This document shows positions 18,796 through 26,362 of a stretch of DNA of 58,043 nucleotides, piece by piece (positions within the stretch are counted from its first letter, which is position 1; the number at the start of each line of letters is the position of its first letter). This DNA is from Candidatus Woesearchaeota archaeon. GTDB lineage: Archaea; Nanobdellota; Nanobdellia; Woesearchaeales; JACPBO01. The position numbers and the translations under genes were made by a program. The stretch covers positions 1 through 58,043 of the forward strand of contig JACPBO010000011.1 of the NCBI GenBank assembly GCA_016180285.1, given 5' to 3'. The notes beneath the pieces were generated by a model, which saw only the letters and a list, made by a program, of their open reading frames with translations, was not told the origin of the DNA and ran no database searches.

Positions 18796-19118
18796 TTTAT
18801 CTCCTTTGCATGCACTGGCTTTATGAGAATTCCCTCAGGCCTCTTTTCAAATGCTCCATAGTCTCCTGGCTCAATATGGTAATCCTTCAATAGCTGATCA
18901 GGAAATCTCATGATGGTTGAATCCCCTAAAACGCCAAATTTCCTGATCAATTTTCTTCTGCCAGCCTTTATGTCAAATTTTATTAATTCGCTGGATGTGA
19001 AATACTCTTCACCGCATTTAGGGCACTTCAGGCAGTTTAGTGCAATTCCTTCTTTTACGCATTTGGCCATCTTAACATCTGTTCCGCATTTATAGCACGT
19101 TTTCATAAACTTTCTCAT
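18792..19118 (-). CDS. zinc-ribbon plus AbrB/SpoVT-like DNA-binding protein (antitoxin-like)
   Basis: CxxC...CxxC (CYKCG...CPKCG) followed by a C-terminal STIMRFPDQLLKDYHIEPGD...GILIKP, which resembles the AbrB/MazE swapped-hairpin pattern. Confidence 0.6.
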   Translation of the reverse strand: MRKFMKTCYKCGTDVKMAKCVKEGIALNCLKCPKCGEEYFTSSELIKFDIKAGRRKLIRKFGVLGDSTIMRFPDQLLKDYHIEPGDYGAFEKRPEGILIKPVHAKEIN

Positions 19119-19163
19119 TTTCTTTTCGCCTCCGGTTTTTCAGTTGTTAGTTCTGAGAAAAGC

Positions 19164-19553
19164 TTACGCTTTTCTGGAACCCCCAGAAAACTTCGGTTTT
19201 CTGATGGGTTTTATATGAATCAAAATAATATTCTCGTGCTCAACATAAGATAAGCACAGGCATTTCCCTCTGAACGGGTAAAACACATTATACTTGTTCT
19301 GCTTCTTTGATACCAATATATGCTCTCCTTCGTCCAACACATCCAAAACAAATTCTATTGGCTTGTTTAAATTATCAAATTCTTCCTTAAAATGCCACGT
19401 AAATACCAGCAGCTTGCCTTTCCAGTATAAATCTTCTAATATTATCTTTATCACCCAATAGATATCTAAAGTAAAGAAAAGATATTTATAAACCTTTCGC
19501 TTTTTCTGACTTTTCTCCTTCTTAAAAGCCTCTTTTGTTTTAAATTCATGCAA
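19164..19553 (-). CDS. hypothetical protein, start uncertain (possible toxin partner of the AbrB-like gene)
   Basis: 129-aa track ORF. A BRE/TATA-like GAAAGGTTTATAAAT (minus sense) lies inside its 5' part near 19490..19504. A shorter product starting at the GTG (..VIKIILEDLYWKGK..) is therefore plausible. Confidence 0.35.
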   Translation of the reverse strand: MHEFKTKEAFKKEKSQKKRKVYKYLFFTLDIYWVIKIILEDLYWKGKLLVFTWHFKEEFDNLNKPIEFVLDVLDEGEHILVSKKQNKYNVFYPFRGKCLCLSYVEHENIILIHIKPIRKPKFSGGSRKA

Positions 19554-19801
19554 ATCCTCTTTTTATATGAATTTTCATTAAAAAATCGAACTCTGGGTTT
19601 AATATTTTTTATTTTTTTGAAATCCCTAAACCAATCTCTGAAACCATCTCGATAGTCAACCCACTCATCGTAATAATCATCAATAAACAGATTGTATCTT
19701 ATCAAATCTTTTGGAGAAATAGTTATGTGTGGAGTGACATAACCGCTATGCCTCCTGTCTTTTTTTGTTACCATCGGAATACCTCCGAACACCCTTCGCA
19801 T
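19466..19801 (-). CDS. hypothetical basic protein
   Basis: 111-aa ORF containing DDYYDEWVDYRDGFRDWFRDF. Its 3' end overlaps the 5' end of the 19164..19553 ORF in another frame. Confidence 0.35.
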   Translation of the reverse strand: MRRVFGGIPMVTKKDRRHSGYVTPHITISPKDLIRYNLFIDDYYDEWVDYRDGFRDWFRDFKKIKNIKPRVRFFNENSYKKRICMNLKQKRLLRRRKVRKSERFINIFSLL

Positions 19802-19954
19802 TGGCCACTTGCTAAGCAGACAAAGCGATTGCTTCCTATGGAAGCATAGAATGTTCTTATGATATCCGATGTTTCTGTTGATGAGTCATTTTATACCCTT
19901 TAGTTTAAGTGGTTGTGATTTAAATCTTCCTATTTTCTAGATTTAAGCCAATAA

Positions 19955-20767
19955 TCAGTACAAATTCAGCGTCTTCTGCCTGTTTGTAGCAGAATAAGAA
20001 ACAGGATCAACAGCCAGGCCGTCAGTCGCAGCTATGACCTGAACATTGGTTTTCCTCTGCATCTCCCTTGCCTCATACATTGGATCGGCCTTGATCATCT
20101 TTGCTCCAAAATGCGTTATTATAACCAATTTTGGCATGACTTTTTCAACTATCTTTACAGCGCCGTCTATGCTCAGCCTGCCAGGTTCCTCAACTCCTGA
20201 AGGATTCTGGACATTGATTATAAGCACATTTGAGCCTTTGCACTGCTCTATTATGTCTTTTGAGAATTCTGTATCTGAAATGTAAGACAATACAAATTTC
20301 GGGGTGAAGAACTTATATCCAAGAGCTTCAGGATCAGAATGCTTCAGCCTTATTGGCTTTATTTCAATATTTTCTATTGCAACTTTAGTTTCCCTCTCCA
20401 GTACAATGAACCTCTCAAGGCAGCTCTTATGAAATTCAGTAAGCGGAGTTGTTATCCCTTCTGCGCCATTAATTAAAGTTTTATTGCAGACCAGGACTCC
20501 TTTTTTGTCCAGTCCTGAATATGTCATTGCCGCTATTACTGCATTAATGTCATTGCAATGGTTAATATGGGCATGAGAAACAAGCACAGCCGTATTGTCC
20601 CTTACATTGATGCCGTACTGCGCTGCTGCCAGCAATGTTCCTGGCCCGGGATCAACATGGAACTGGAAATCATCTAACTGCAGTATTATGCCGCCGGATC
20701 CCCTGATCTGCTTTCCGTATACCAGGCTTTCGCCTGCTGTCCCGAGGAAAATTATGTTGTATGGCAT
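19955..20767 (-). CDS. MBL-fold metallo-hydrolase
   Basis: HxHxDH-type motif VLVSHAHINHCND and N-terminal IIFLGTAG. ATG at 20767 is preceded by GGGGGT; the track start at 20779 is TTG. Confidence 0.8.
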   Translation of the reverse strand: MPYNIIFLGTAGESLVYGKQIRGSGGIILQLDDFQFHVDPGPGTLLAAAQYGINVRDNTAVLVSHAHINHCNDINAVIAAMTYSGLDKKGVLVCNKTLINGAEGITTPLTEFHKSCLERFIVLERETKVAIENIEIKPIRLKHSDPEALGYKFFTPKFVLSYISDTEFSKDIIEQCKGSNVLIINVQNPSGVEEPGRLSIDGAVKIVEKVMPKLVIITHFGAKMIKADPMYEAREMQRKTNVQVIAATDGLAVDPVSYSATNRQKTLNLY

Positions 20768-20838
20768 TATTACCCCCAAACACAGCTAATAGGCAATAAG
20801 TTTATTAATTTTTCTATTGTTTTGGGCTTTAATGAGTT

Positions 20839-21636
20839 TTACTTATTTCTTTTTATTTCTTCGCCGTATAAATTCATAAAGCCATAATGAGATATTTCAT
20901 TAGGCAAATTTTCTTTATTTATTGGAACAAAGTTTTTAAATTCTTCTTCAAATGGTATGAACTTTTCTGCAAAGAATTTTCTATATTCTAAAAGTAGATG
21001 ATGCCCCTTTTCTAAAAGATTTATTTTTTTTGATTGGTGAATGCTATTAATATTCTCAAATATTCTCCAGTTATATCCTTCACAATTTACTCTAATCGGC
21101 GTTTCACCAAGATAAGATTGAATAAAGACCAGAGTCTTTCCGCTACATTTTATGCCATCCATTTTTAATAAGGATATATTTAGATCAAGAATACTTTCTT
21201 CAAGCATTTCCACAGAATCTTCTCGTTGAATTATTTTTTTGTTTGCCCTTATTTTTTTAAGCATCTCGTTCTCGTCATGTAATAAAATGGCATACCACTT
21301 ATTGTTTATATTTGACAAGAAACTATATCCAAAAGAACGATTATGAATTCTACCATTTTTATCAAGAAAGACATAATTTACATCTTCGAACTCTAAAACA
21401 GAACTTCTAGAATTTTTTTCTATAATGCCTGTTAAAACTGCAAAATTGTATTTAAACAGATCATCTGAAAACTGACACCCGCATTTTATTTTATCAACTA
21501 AGCCATCCTTTGATGAATTTTTTTCTACTCCGATCAAAACCATATATTCTTTTTCAGGTATAGCTCTGTCACTCTTTTCTTTGGGCAATACTTCCGGAGG
21601 AGCAGTTCTTTCTATTACTTCTGTCAATACAGGCAT
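20839..21636 (-). CDS. hypothetical protein
   Basis: 265-aa ORF divergent from the NTase/HEPN pair. No family recognised. Confidence 0.5.
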   Translation of the reverse strand: MPVLTEVIERTAPPEVLPKEKSDRAIPEKEYMVLIGVEKNSSKDGLVDKIKCGCQFSDDLFKYNFAVLTGIIEKNSRSSVLEFEDVNYVFLDKNGRIHNRSFGYSFLSNINNKWYAILLHDENEMLKKIRANKKIIQREDSVEMLEESILDLNISLLKMDGIKCSGKTLVFIQSYLGETPIRVNCEGYNWRIFENINSIHQSKKINLLEKGHHLLLEYRKFFAEKFIPFEEEFKNFVPINKENLPNEISHYGFMNLYGEEIKRNK

Positions 21637-21731
21637 ATTTAATGAGAATACGCTTAAATTTAAAAATCTTTCGAGAATTTCTCATAAATAAAACCGAAAG
21701 GTTTATATAAGTGTATGTTTTTAGCATACAT

Positions 21732-22340
21732 ATGGCTGTTAATAACATACAATTTACAAGGATCGAGATCAAGATAGCAAAATACATTTTTAAGCACTAT
21801 AAAGACAGGCGCAATGCCAGGCAATTGGCCAGAATCCTAAACATTAACCATGCTCATGCGAATAAGCTGTGCAACCTTCTTGCAGAAAAGCGGCTTTTGA
21901 TTAAGGAAGAAATAGGAAACTCAGCTTATTTTTCATTTAATTATGAAAATAAATTAGCTGTTAAATTCATGGAATATGTGTTAAGTTTGGAGGAAAAAGA
22001 GTTTCCAAAATGGCTTATTGTTGTTTTGCACAGCTTGAAAAAATTCATGCCTTATCTTGAGATGGGGCTCGTTTTTGGATCCTCAATAAAGACCCGTGAT
22101 TTTAATGATATTGATGTCTTGCTTGTGTATGACGAAAAAGAGTCTAAGAAAATCAGTAAAATTAAAGAAGAAATAAGAAAGTCCCAATTAGTGGAACAGC
22201 CAATAAGATATGCGGATGTAGCTGAAAAGGACATGCTTCTGAACAAAGGCGATAAGACCTTCTACAGCATTATGTCAGACAGCTTAATATTTCATAATCC
22301 TGAAAAATATGTTGAGGTGGTTAAAAAATGCCGCAAATAG
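21732..22340 (+). CDS. wHTH-fused nucleotidyltransferase (MNT-like antitoxin of an MNT/HEPN pair)
   Basis: N-terminal wHTH-like ARQLARILNINHAHANKLCNLLAEKRLL and the Pol-beta NTase motif GLVFGSSIKTRDFNDIDVLLVYD. ATG at 21732 is preferred over the GTG at 21711. Confidence 0.75.
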   Translation: MAVNNIQFTRIEIKIAKYIFKHYKDRRNARQLARILNINHAHANKLCNLLAEKRLLIKEEIGNSAYFSFNYENKLAVKFMEYVLSLEEKEFPKWLIVVLHSLKKFMPYLEMGLVFGSSIKTRDFNDIDVLLVYDEKESKKISKIKEEIRKSQLVEQPIRYADVAEKDMLLNKGDKTFYSIMSDSLIFHNPEKYVEVVKKCRK

Positions 22341-22387
22341 ACAATCATCTGAAATGGTGCCTAAAGGATCAGCGAAGGCTGATGAAA
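22328..22387 (+). other. 5' fragment of the HEPN gene (MPQIDNHLKWCLKDQRRLMK), separated from the rest by the repeat insertion
   Basis: ATG at 22328 overlaps the NTase stop by 13 nt; the second pair shows the same kind of overlap (14 nt). It is in the same frame as 22520..22954. The frame is closed by TAG at 22406..22408 inside the repeat. Confidence 0.6.
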
Positions 22388-22538
22388 ATGTCAGAATTTT
22401 CCATCTAGTCTTTGACTGGTGGCAGAAAGCCAACCTTTTTCATATGCGGAAAATTCTGAGCATGCTCAAAAACAACCTGATGCGATGGAACGTAGCTACA
22501 TGCCACTCATCTATGATGGGTGGTTTTTGACACAAAAT
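22385..22538. repeat. 154-nt hairpin-rich repeat, copy B (inside the HEPN gene)
   Basis: See copy A. Arms here are TCAGAATTTTCC/GGAAAATTCTGA (12 bp), TGAGCATGCTCA, and CCACTCATC-TAT-GATGGGTGG (9 bp with one G-U). The core between the two flanking AAAAT pentamers is 22390..22533, 144 nt. Confidence 0.85.
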
Positions 22539-22954
22539 CAGATTTGGATTTGGCGCAAAAACATTTGAAGAAATCAGAGTATAATTATGGTGTTTTGAAG
22601 ACTCTTGAGAACTTAAAGATATATGACTGGGCCTTGAATGTCGGTTTTTATGCGATTTATCATTGCTTTTTAGGGATACTGTCAAAATACGGCTACGCAT
22701 CACAGAATCAGGCATGCACGATAACGGTGCTTCTTAAGCTGATAGAAGAAAAAAAGCTAAATCTTGACAAAGACATTGTTATGCAATTTGACACGCTTGA
22801 TGTTGAGGAAAACTTGGCTGCTTCCACTGTAAGAATGGAACGGGAAATCTCAACTTATGGTGTAGAGACAAGCATTGATGTGAAACAATTAAAGAAAATG
22901 AAAGAACTGATTTTAAAATTACAAAGGGAAACAATCAGGATTTTGGCAGAATAA
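22520..22954 (+). CDS. HEPN-domain protein (toxin-like partner of the NTase), 3' portion downstream of the insertion
   Basis: All-helical ~140 aa. It is a paralog-level match to 54996..55529: the conserved YDWALNVGFYAIYHCFLGILSKYGY corresponds to YSWLWAIVTSYYAMYYIANAVLYKLGY. Lies directly downstream of the NTase. Confidence 0.65.
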   Translation: MVFDTKSDLDLAQKHLKKSEYNYGVLKTLENLKIYDWALNVGFYAIYHCFLGILSKYGYASQNQACTITVLLKLIEEKKLNLDKDIVMQFDTLDVEENLAASTVRMEREISTYGVETSIDVKQLKKMKELILKLQRETIRILAE

Positions 22955-23000
22955 TCTGCAAAACAAAAAACTATATAAAACATGAAATAATCTTTCTTTT

Positions 23001-23762
23001 ATGATCAGGAACAGCTTCATTTTTCTTCCAAGAATAAACAGCCAGAAAGAGGCATTGTTGTGGAAAGCGGGTATTAAAACATGGGATGACTTCCTGAATG
23101 CAAAAAGAGTTCCTGGCATCGCAGGCTATAAAAAGCCATATTTTGACAGGCAGCTGCTGAAGGCAAGGGCGAATCTTTACAATCTTAATTCAGTTTTTTT
23201 CGATGAAGCGCTGCCGAAAGCAGAGCATTGGCGGCTTTATGAGTTCTTTAAGGATGAAGCGTGCTTTCTTGATATCGAAACAACCGGATTGAGCAATTAC
23301 TCTCATTTAACTTTGATCGGATTATACGACGGAATAAACACAAAGACAATGATAAACGGAATAAATCTTGATGTTAACGGATTGAAAAATGAATTGAGAA
23401 AATACAAGCTTATTGTTACATTCAATGGAGCAACTTTTGACCTTCCTTTCATAAGAAAAAGATTTCCCGGATTAGTCCCCGCTATTCCCCATATCGATCT
23501 CAGGCACGCATGCAGCAGAATCGGCCTGAAAGGAGGCTTAAAGGAGATTGAAAGGCAGCTCGGCATTAAAAGAAAAAACCCAATTATTGAAAGGATCTGC
23601 GGCGGGGATGCGGCTATGCTGTGGAAGATGTTCAAAGCAACCGGAGACGATTATTATTTAAATCTTTTAGTGGAATATAATGAAGAAGACATAATAAATT
23701 TAAAGGCAATAGCGGATTATACGTACAGGAGGCTGAAGGAAAAATGCATGGAAAGCGCATAA
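23001..23762 (+). CDS. RNase H-like (YprB/DEDD-type) predicted exonuclease
   Basis: CFLDIETTGL (Exo I), TFNGATFDLPF (Exo II) and EYNEEDIINL (Exo III-like) occur in order. Confidence 0.7.
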   Translation: MIRNSFIFLPRINSQKEALLWKAGIKTWDDFLNAKRVPGIAGYKKPYFDRQLLKARANLYNLNSVFFDEALPKAEHWRLYEFFKDEACFLDIETTGLSNYSHLTLIGLYDGINTKTMINGINLDVNGLKNELRKYKLIVTFNGATFDLPFIRKRFPGLVPAIPHIDLRHACSRIGLKGGLKEIERQLGIKRKNPIIERICGGDAAMLWKMFKATGDDYYLNLLVEYNEEDIINLKAIADYTYRRLKEKCMESA

Positions 23763-24412
23763 TTAAAAGGTGTATTTTTATTTTTTTAATTGTGTCTTTC
23801 CCTGTTTTATTGATATTGTCTGCAACAATCAACACAATAAACAACAAAAGCTTTATTCTGAATGAATTCGAAAAGCACAGCATAGCTGTTGAAAACAAGG
23901 AGAAGATTGTCAGCCAGATTCTCAATTATTTCAAGAATGATAAAAGAGACCTTGATGTTTACGGCTTTGATTTGAATGAGATATCGCATATGAGAGATGT
24001 TAAGATGGTGATATTGAAAACAAGGTATTTCTTTTATGTTTTACTGGCGGTCAATATTTTATTGCTGTTTTTCAGTTATCTGTATTACGCAGAATATAAA
24101 AAGGAAAAAACAAGGATTATTCTAAAAAGATTCTTAAACTATCTTTTTTACGGCAGCATTTCAACAATGGCTTTGATTTTGCTGTTATTCTTATCCACTT
24201 TTATTAATTTTGAATTCTTATTTTCATTGTTCCACAAAACCTTTTTCCCGCAGGGAAATTATGCCTTTGCATCAGGGCTTTTGATAACATTGTTCCCTGA
24301 AGAATTCTGGGTCGATGCACTGGTCAGGATTATCAGCATCAGCTTCATTGTTTCTTTGGCTGTTTTTTTAGCGGTTTCTTTATTAAATCTTTTTGGCCGT
24401 TCAAAATTTTAG
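23744..24412 (+). CDS. integral membrane protein, DUF1461/TIGR01906-like
   Basis: N-terminal TM helix, EISHMRDVK block, several TM helices and FHKTFFPQGNYAF...LFPEEFW, as in the DUF1461 family. Overlaps the upstream gene by 19 nt. Confidence 0.6.
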   Translation: MHGKRIIKRCIFIFLIVSFPVLLILSATINTINNKSFILNEFEKHSIAVENKEKIVSQILNYFKNDKRDLDVYGFDLNEISHMRDVKMVILKTRYFFYVLLAVNILLLFFSYLYYAEYKKEKTRIILKRFLNYLFYGSISTMALILLLFLSTFINFEFLFSLFHKTFFPQGNYAFASGLLITLFPEEFWVDALVRIISISFIVSLAVFLAVSLLNLFGRSKF

Positions 24413-24944
24413 ATGCCTTGAATAAAAGAATTATCTCTAAAACATATGCCGGCATCATGGTTAAAAGCCCGATTGCTGATAAGATTATTGTCAAAAAACT
24501 TGCTCCCGTGATTATGTTTAAGATGCCCGTAGCTGTTGCTATCGAGCCAAGCCTGTCCTTTAGCTTTAATACGGCAATCCCGGCAAGCAGGCTTAAAACT
24601 CCGTAAATTAACAGATATAGCACTGAAACTAAAATTAAAAGCTTATCAAAAGACGGAAGCAGTGAAGCTAAAATAACATATCCATATAAAAATATCGAGG
24701 ATATTATCAGCAGATATGAACTGATTGTCAGTAAAGTGTTTTGTGTTTTCTCACCTATTACCTTGAAGCCCCATATGAACACAGCATATGATATTAGCGA
24801 AATTAAATAAGTCAGGATATATGCTGCAATCCAGCCGCTCGTGAGCATCTTTAGGCTTTTAAGAACTTCAAGTATCACCATTGGAATTGTCATGGCTATT
24901 GAAATAATGCCGGCAATTGCAGCGTACTTAATGGCTTTGTCCAT
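24345..24944 (-). CDS. multi-pass membrane protein with Lys-rich C-terminal tail
   Basis: 199 aa with five or six hydrophobic helices. No family recognised. Confidence 0.55.
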   Translation of the reverse strand: MDKAIKYAAIAGIISIAMTIPMVILEVLKSLKMLTSGWIAAYILTYLISLISYAVFIWGFKVIGEKTQNTLLTISSYLLIISSIFLYGYVILASLLPSFDKLLILVSVLYLLIYGVLSLLAGIAVLKLKDRLGSIATATGILNIITGASFLTIILSAIGLLTMMPAYVLEIILLFKASKILNGQKDLIKKPLKKQPKKQ

Positions 24945-24979
24945 GTTTTTGTTAAATTACATGCCTATTTAAATATTTA

Positions 24980-25084
24980 TTGAAAATTGTCGGTTTAATA
25001 TTAAGGCTTCAGCCTAACAATTTTCAATCCCGAAAACCGCAAGACAAATGCCTCTGGCTTTAGCCTAAAGATTGGCGGTTTTCG
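24980..25084. repeat. two-hairpin structured element, probable divergent relative of the 154-nt repeat
   Basis: TTGAAAATTGT (24980..24990) pairs with ACAATTTTCAA (25017..25027). CGAAAACCGC (25031..25040) pairs with GCGGTTTTCG (25075..25084). Landmarks occur in the same order as in the repeat: GGC-loop-GCC inside arm 1 and AAATGCC inside arm 2. Confidence 0.45.
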
Positions 25085-25486
25085 TTATCTCAGCTTAGAG
25101 CTCTTATAAATCTCTTCCTTATAAGGCTTCAGCCTTACAATATCCGCAAGAATTCCCCTTTTCTTTAATTCCTTTTTCAAGTCTTCAGTATAATAAAATT
25201 GATCATAGCCTAAAGCTATCACATCCGGCTTTATCTTCTCTATTATTTCGTATTTGTCATTTCCAAGGCCGCCTAAGATCGCTTCATCAACATAGGGCAG
25301 TTTTTTAATGTTCTTCAGCCTTCTTTCCTCATTGTTCTCAGGGAATCTTCCTTTCAGCTCTTTTACAGTAAGATCTCGCGACACAACAACAACTAATTTG
25401 TCAGCGTGCTTCTTTGCCTGCTTCAGGAAATTCATATGCCCGGGATGAATGATGTCGAATGTTCCGAAAGCAAGAGCTGTGGTCAT
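25085..25486 (-). CDS. ribL: FAD synthetase RibL (archaeal FMN adenylyltransferase, cytidylyltransferase fold)
   Basis: 133 aa. FGTFDIIHPGHMNFLKQAKK (HxGH nucleotidyltransferase motif), VVVVSRD and KPDVIALGYDQ match the MJ1179-type RibL layout. Confidence 0.78.
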   Translation of the reverse strand: MTTALAFGTFDIIHPGHMNFLKQAKKHADKLVVVVSRDLTVKELKGRFPENNEERRLKNIKKLPYVDEAILGGLGNDKYEIIEKIKPDVIALGYDQFYYTEDLKKELKKRGILADIVRLKPYKEEIYKSSKLR

Positions 25487-25507
25487 AAAGGCCTAATTTA
25501 TCTTTTA

Positions 25508-26206
25508 TTATTTATTCTTTTCCATATATTTTTCAATTTCCTTGATTACTGCGTTATGTATGGCGCCATTAGATGCAATGAAAGGGATTCCCCACTTAGA
25601 TGGTTTTTGTTTATAGTTAAGGGTGTTTCCATATAAATTTGTTACTTTACCGCCAGCTTCTTCTAAAATTATTTGTGGTGCACAAGTATCCCATTTAGAT
25701 GCTCGAGCATTTGAACTAATATGAAAATCAGCTTTGCATTCTGCGATTAAACCTAGCTTAATACCAACACTACTCTCCGGAATTTTTTCTTTTACTTCGA
25801 AAAAGTCAGTTAATTTATCATCTTCTCTTTTTTCACCATGAGGGATTCTTGTAACCATTATAGCATCTTTCAGATATTTTTTTGAACTTACGTTCAGTCT
25901 ATGGTCTTTTCCATCAATTCTTACATAAGATCCGTGACCTTTTTCAGAAAAATAAAGCAAGTTTTTCGCTGGTGCATACACCACCCCCAGAACGGGTTTT
26001 CCATCTTGGCATAATCCAATCATTATTGAAAAGCCAGTTCCTCCATTTTTGAAATCTTTTGTTCCATCTAATGGGTCAACCATCCAAATACGCGAAGTAT
26101 TGTTTTCTATCCTTCCTTTCTCTTCAGAAAGAATAGAATAGTTTGGGAAGTCTTTTGATAATCTTTTTAGAATATATTCTTCTGATTTTATGTCTGCTGA
26201 AGTCAC
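25508..26206 (-). CDS. inositol monophosphatase / CysQ-family phosphatase; the N-terminus is in another frame (frameshift, full gene would be 25508..26310)
   Basis: WMVDPLDGTKDF and WDTCAPQIILEEAGG motifs. The expected N-terminus MLEKIINIAIGAGKIVMKLREEGFKIKQK is encoded from ATG 26310 in a different frame. One extra A in the A6 run (T6 at 26223..26228 on the plus strand) joins them as ...KQKNDSFDFVTSAD... Confidence 0.8.
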   Translation of the reverse strand: MTSADIKSEEYILKRLSKDFPNYSILSEEKGRIENNTSRIWMVDPLDGTKDFKNGGTGFSIMIGLCQDGKPVLGVVYAPAKNLLYFSEKGHGSYVRIDGKDHRLNVSSKKYLKDAIMVTRIPHGEKREDDKLTDFFEVKEKIPESSVGIKLGLIAECKADFHISSNARASKWDTCAPQIILEEAGGKVTNLYGNTLNYKQKPSKWGIPFIASNGAIHNAVIKEIEKYMEKNK

Positions 26207-26362
26207 AAAATCAAACGAATCATTTTTTGTTTGATCTTAAATCCTTCTTCTCTGAGTTTCATCACTATTTTTCCTGCGCCAATCGCAATATTTATTATTT
26301 TTTCTAACATAATATGCTGAAACGTACTTCCTTTATTAAAGTTTTCTAGAAAACCTCTTTAT

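Noticed and set aside
19802-19954. Possible C/D-box sRNA (UGAUGA-like and CUGA-like strings, hairpin GCTTCC-TAT-GGAAGC)
   Set aside because: The box-like strings are not in the C...D'...C'...D order or spacing, and there is no terminal stem or K-turn arrangement. Chance occurrence is likely in AT-rich DNA.
22378-22545. Canonical bulge-helix-bulge (BHB) archaeal intron as the explanation for the 144-nt insert in the HEPN gene
   Set aside because: The exon flanks can pair (CUGAU/AUCAG) and the element ends can pair (UGUCA/UGACA). However, these helices are separated by a 5 x 4 internal loop, not by two 3-nt bulges 4 bp apart, and copy A lacks the exon-exon helix. I cannot call it a BHB intron by eye. 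RNA-level removal remains open as a hypothesis in the findings.
22309-22715. ORFs 22309..22530 (+) and 22440..22715 (-) across repeat copy B and the HEPN 5' region
   Set aside because: Both owe most of their length to the repeat or to the antisense of the HEPN gene. Neither has a counterpart at copy A, and neither shows a recognisable motif.
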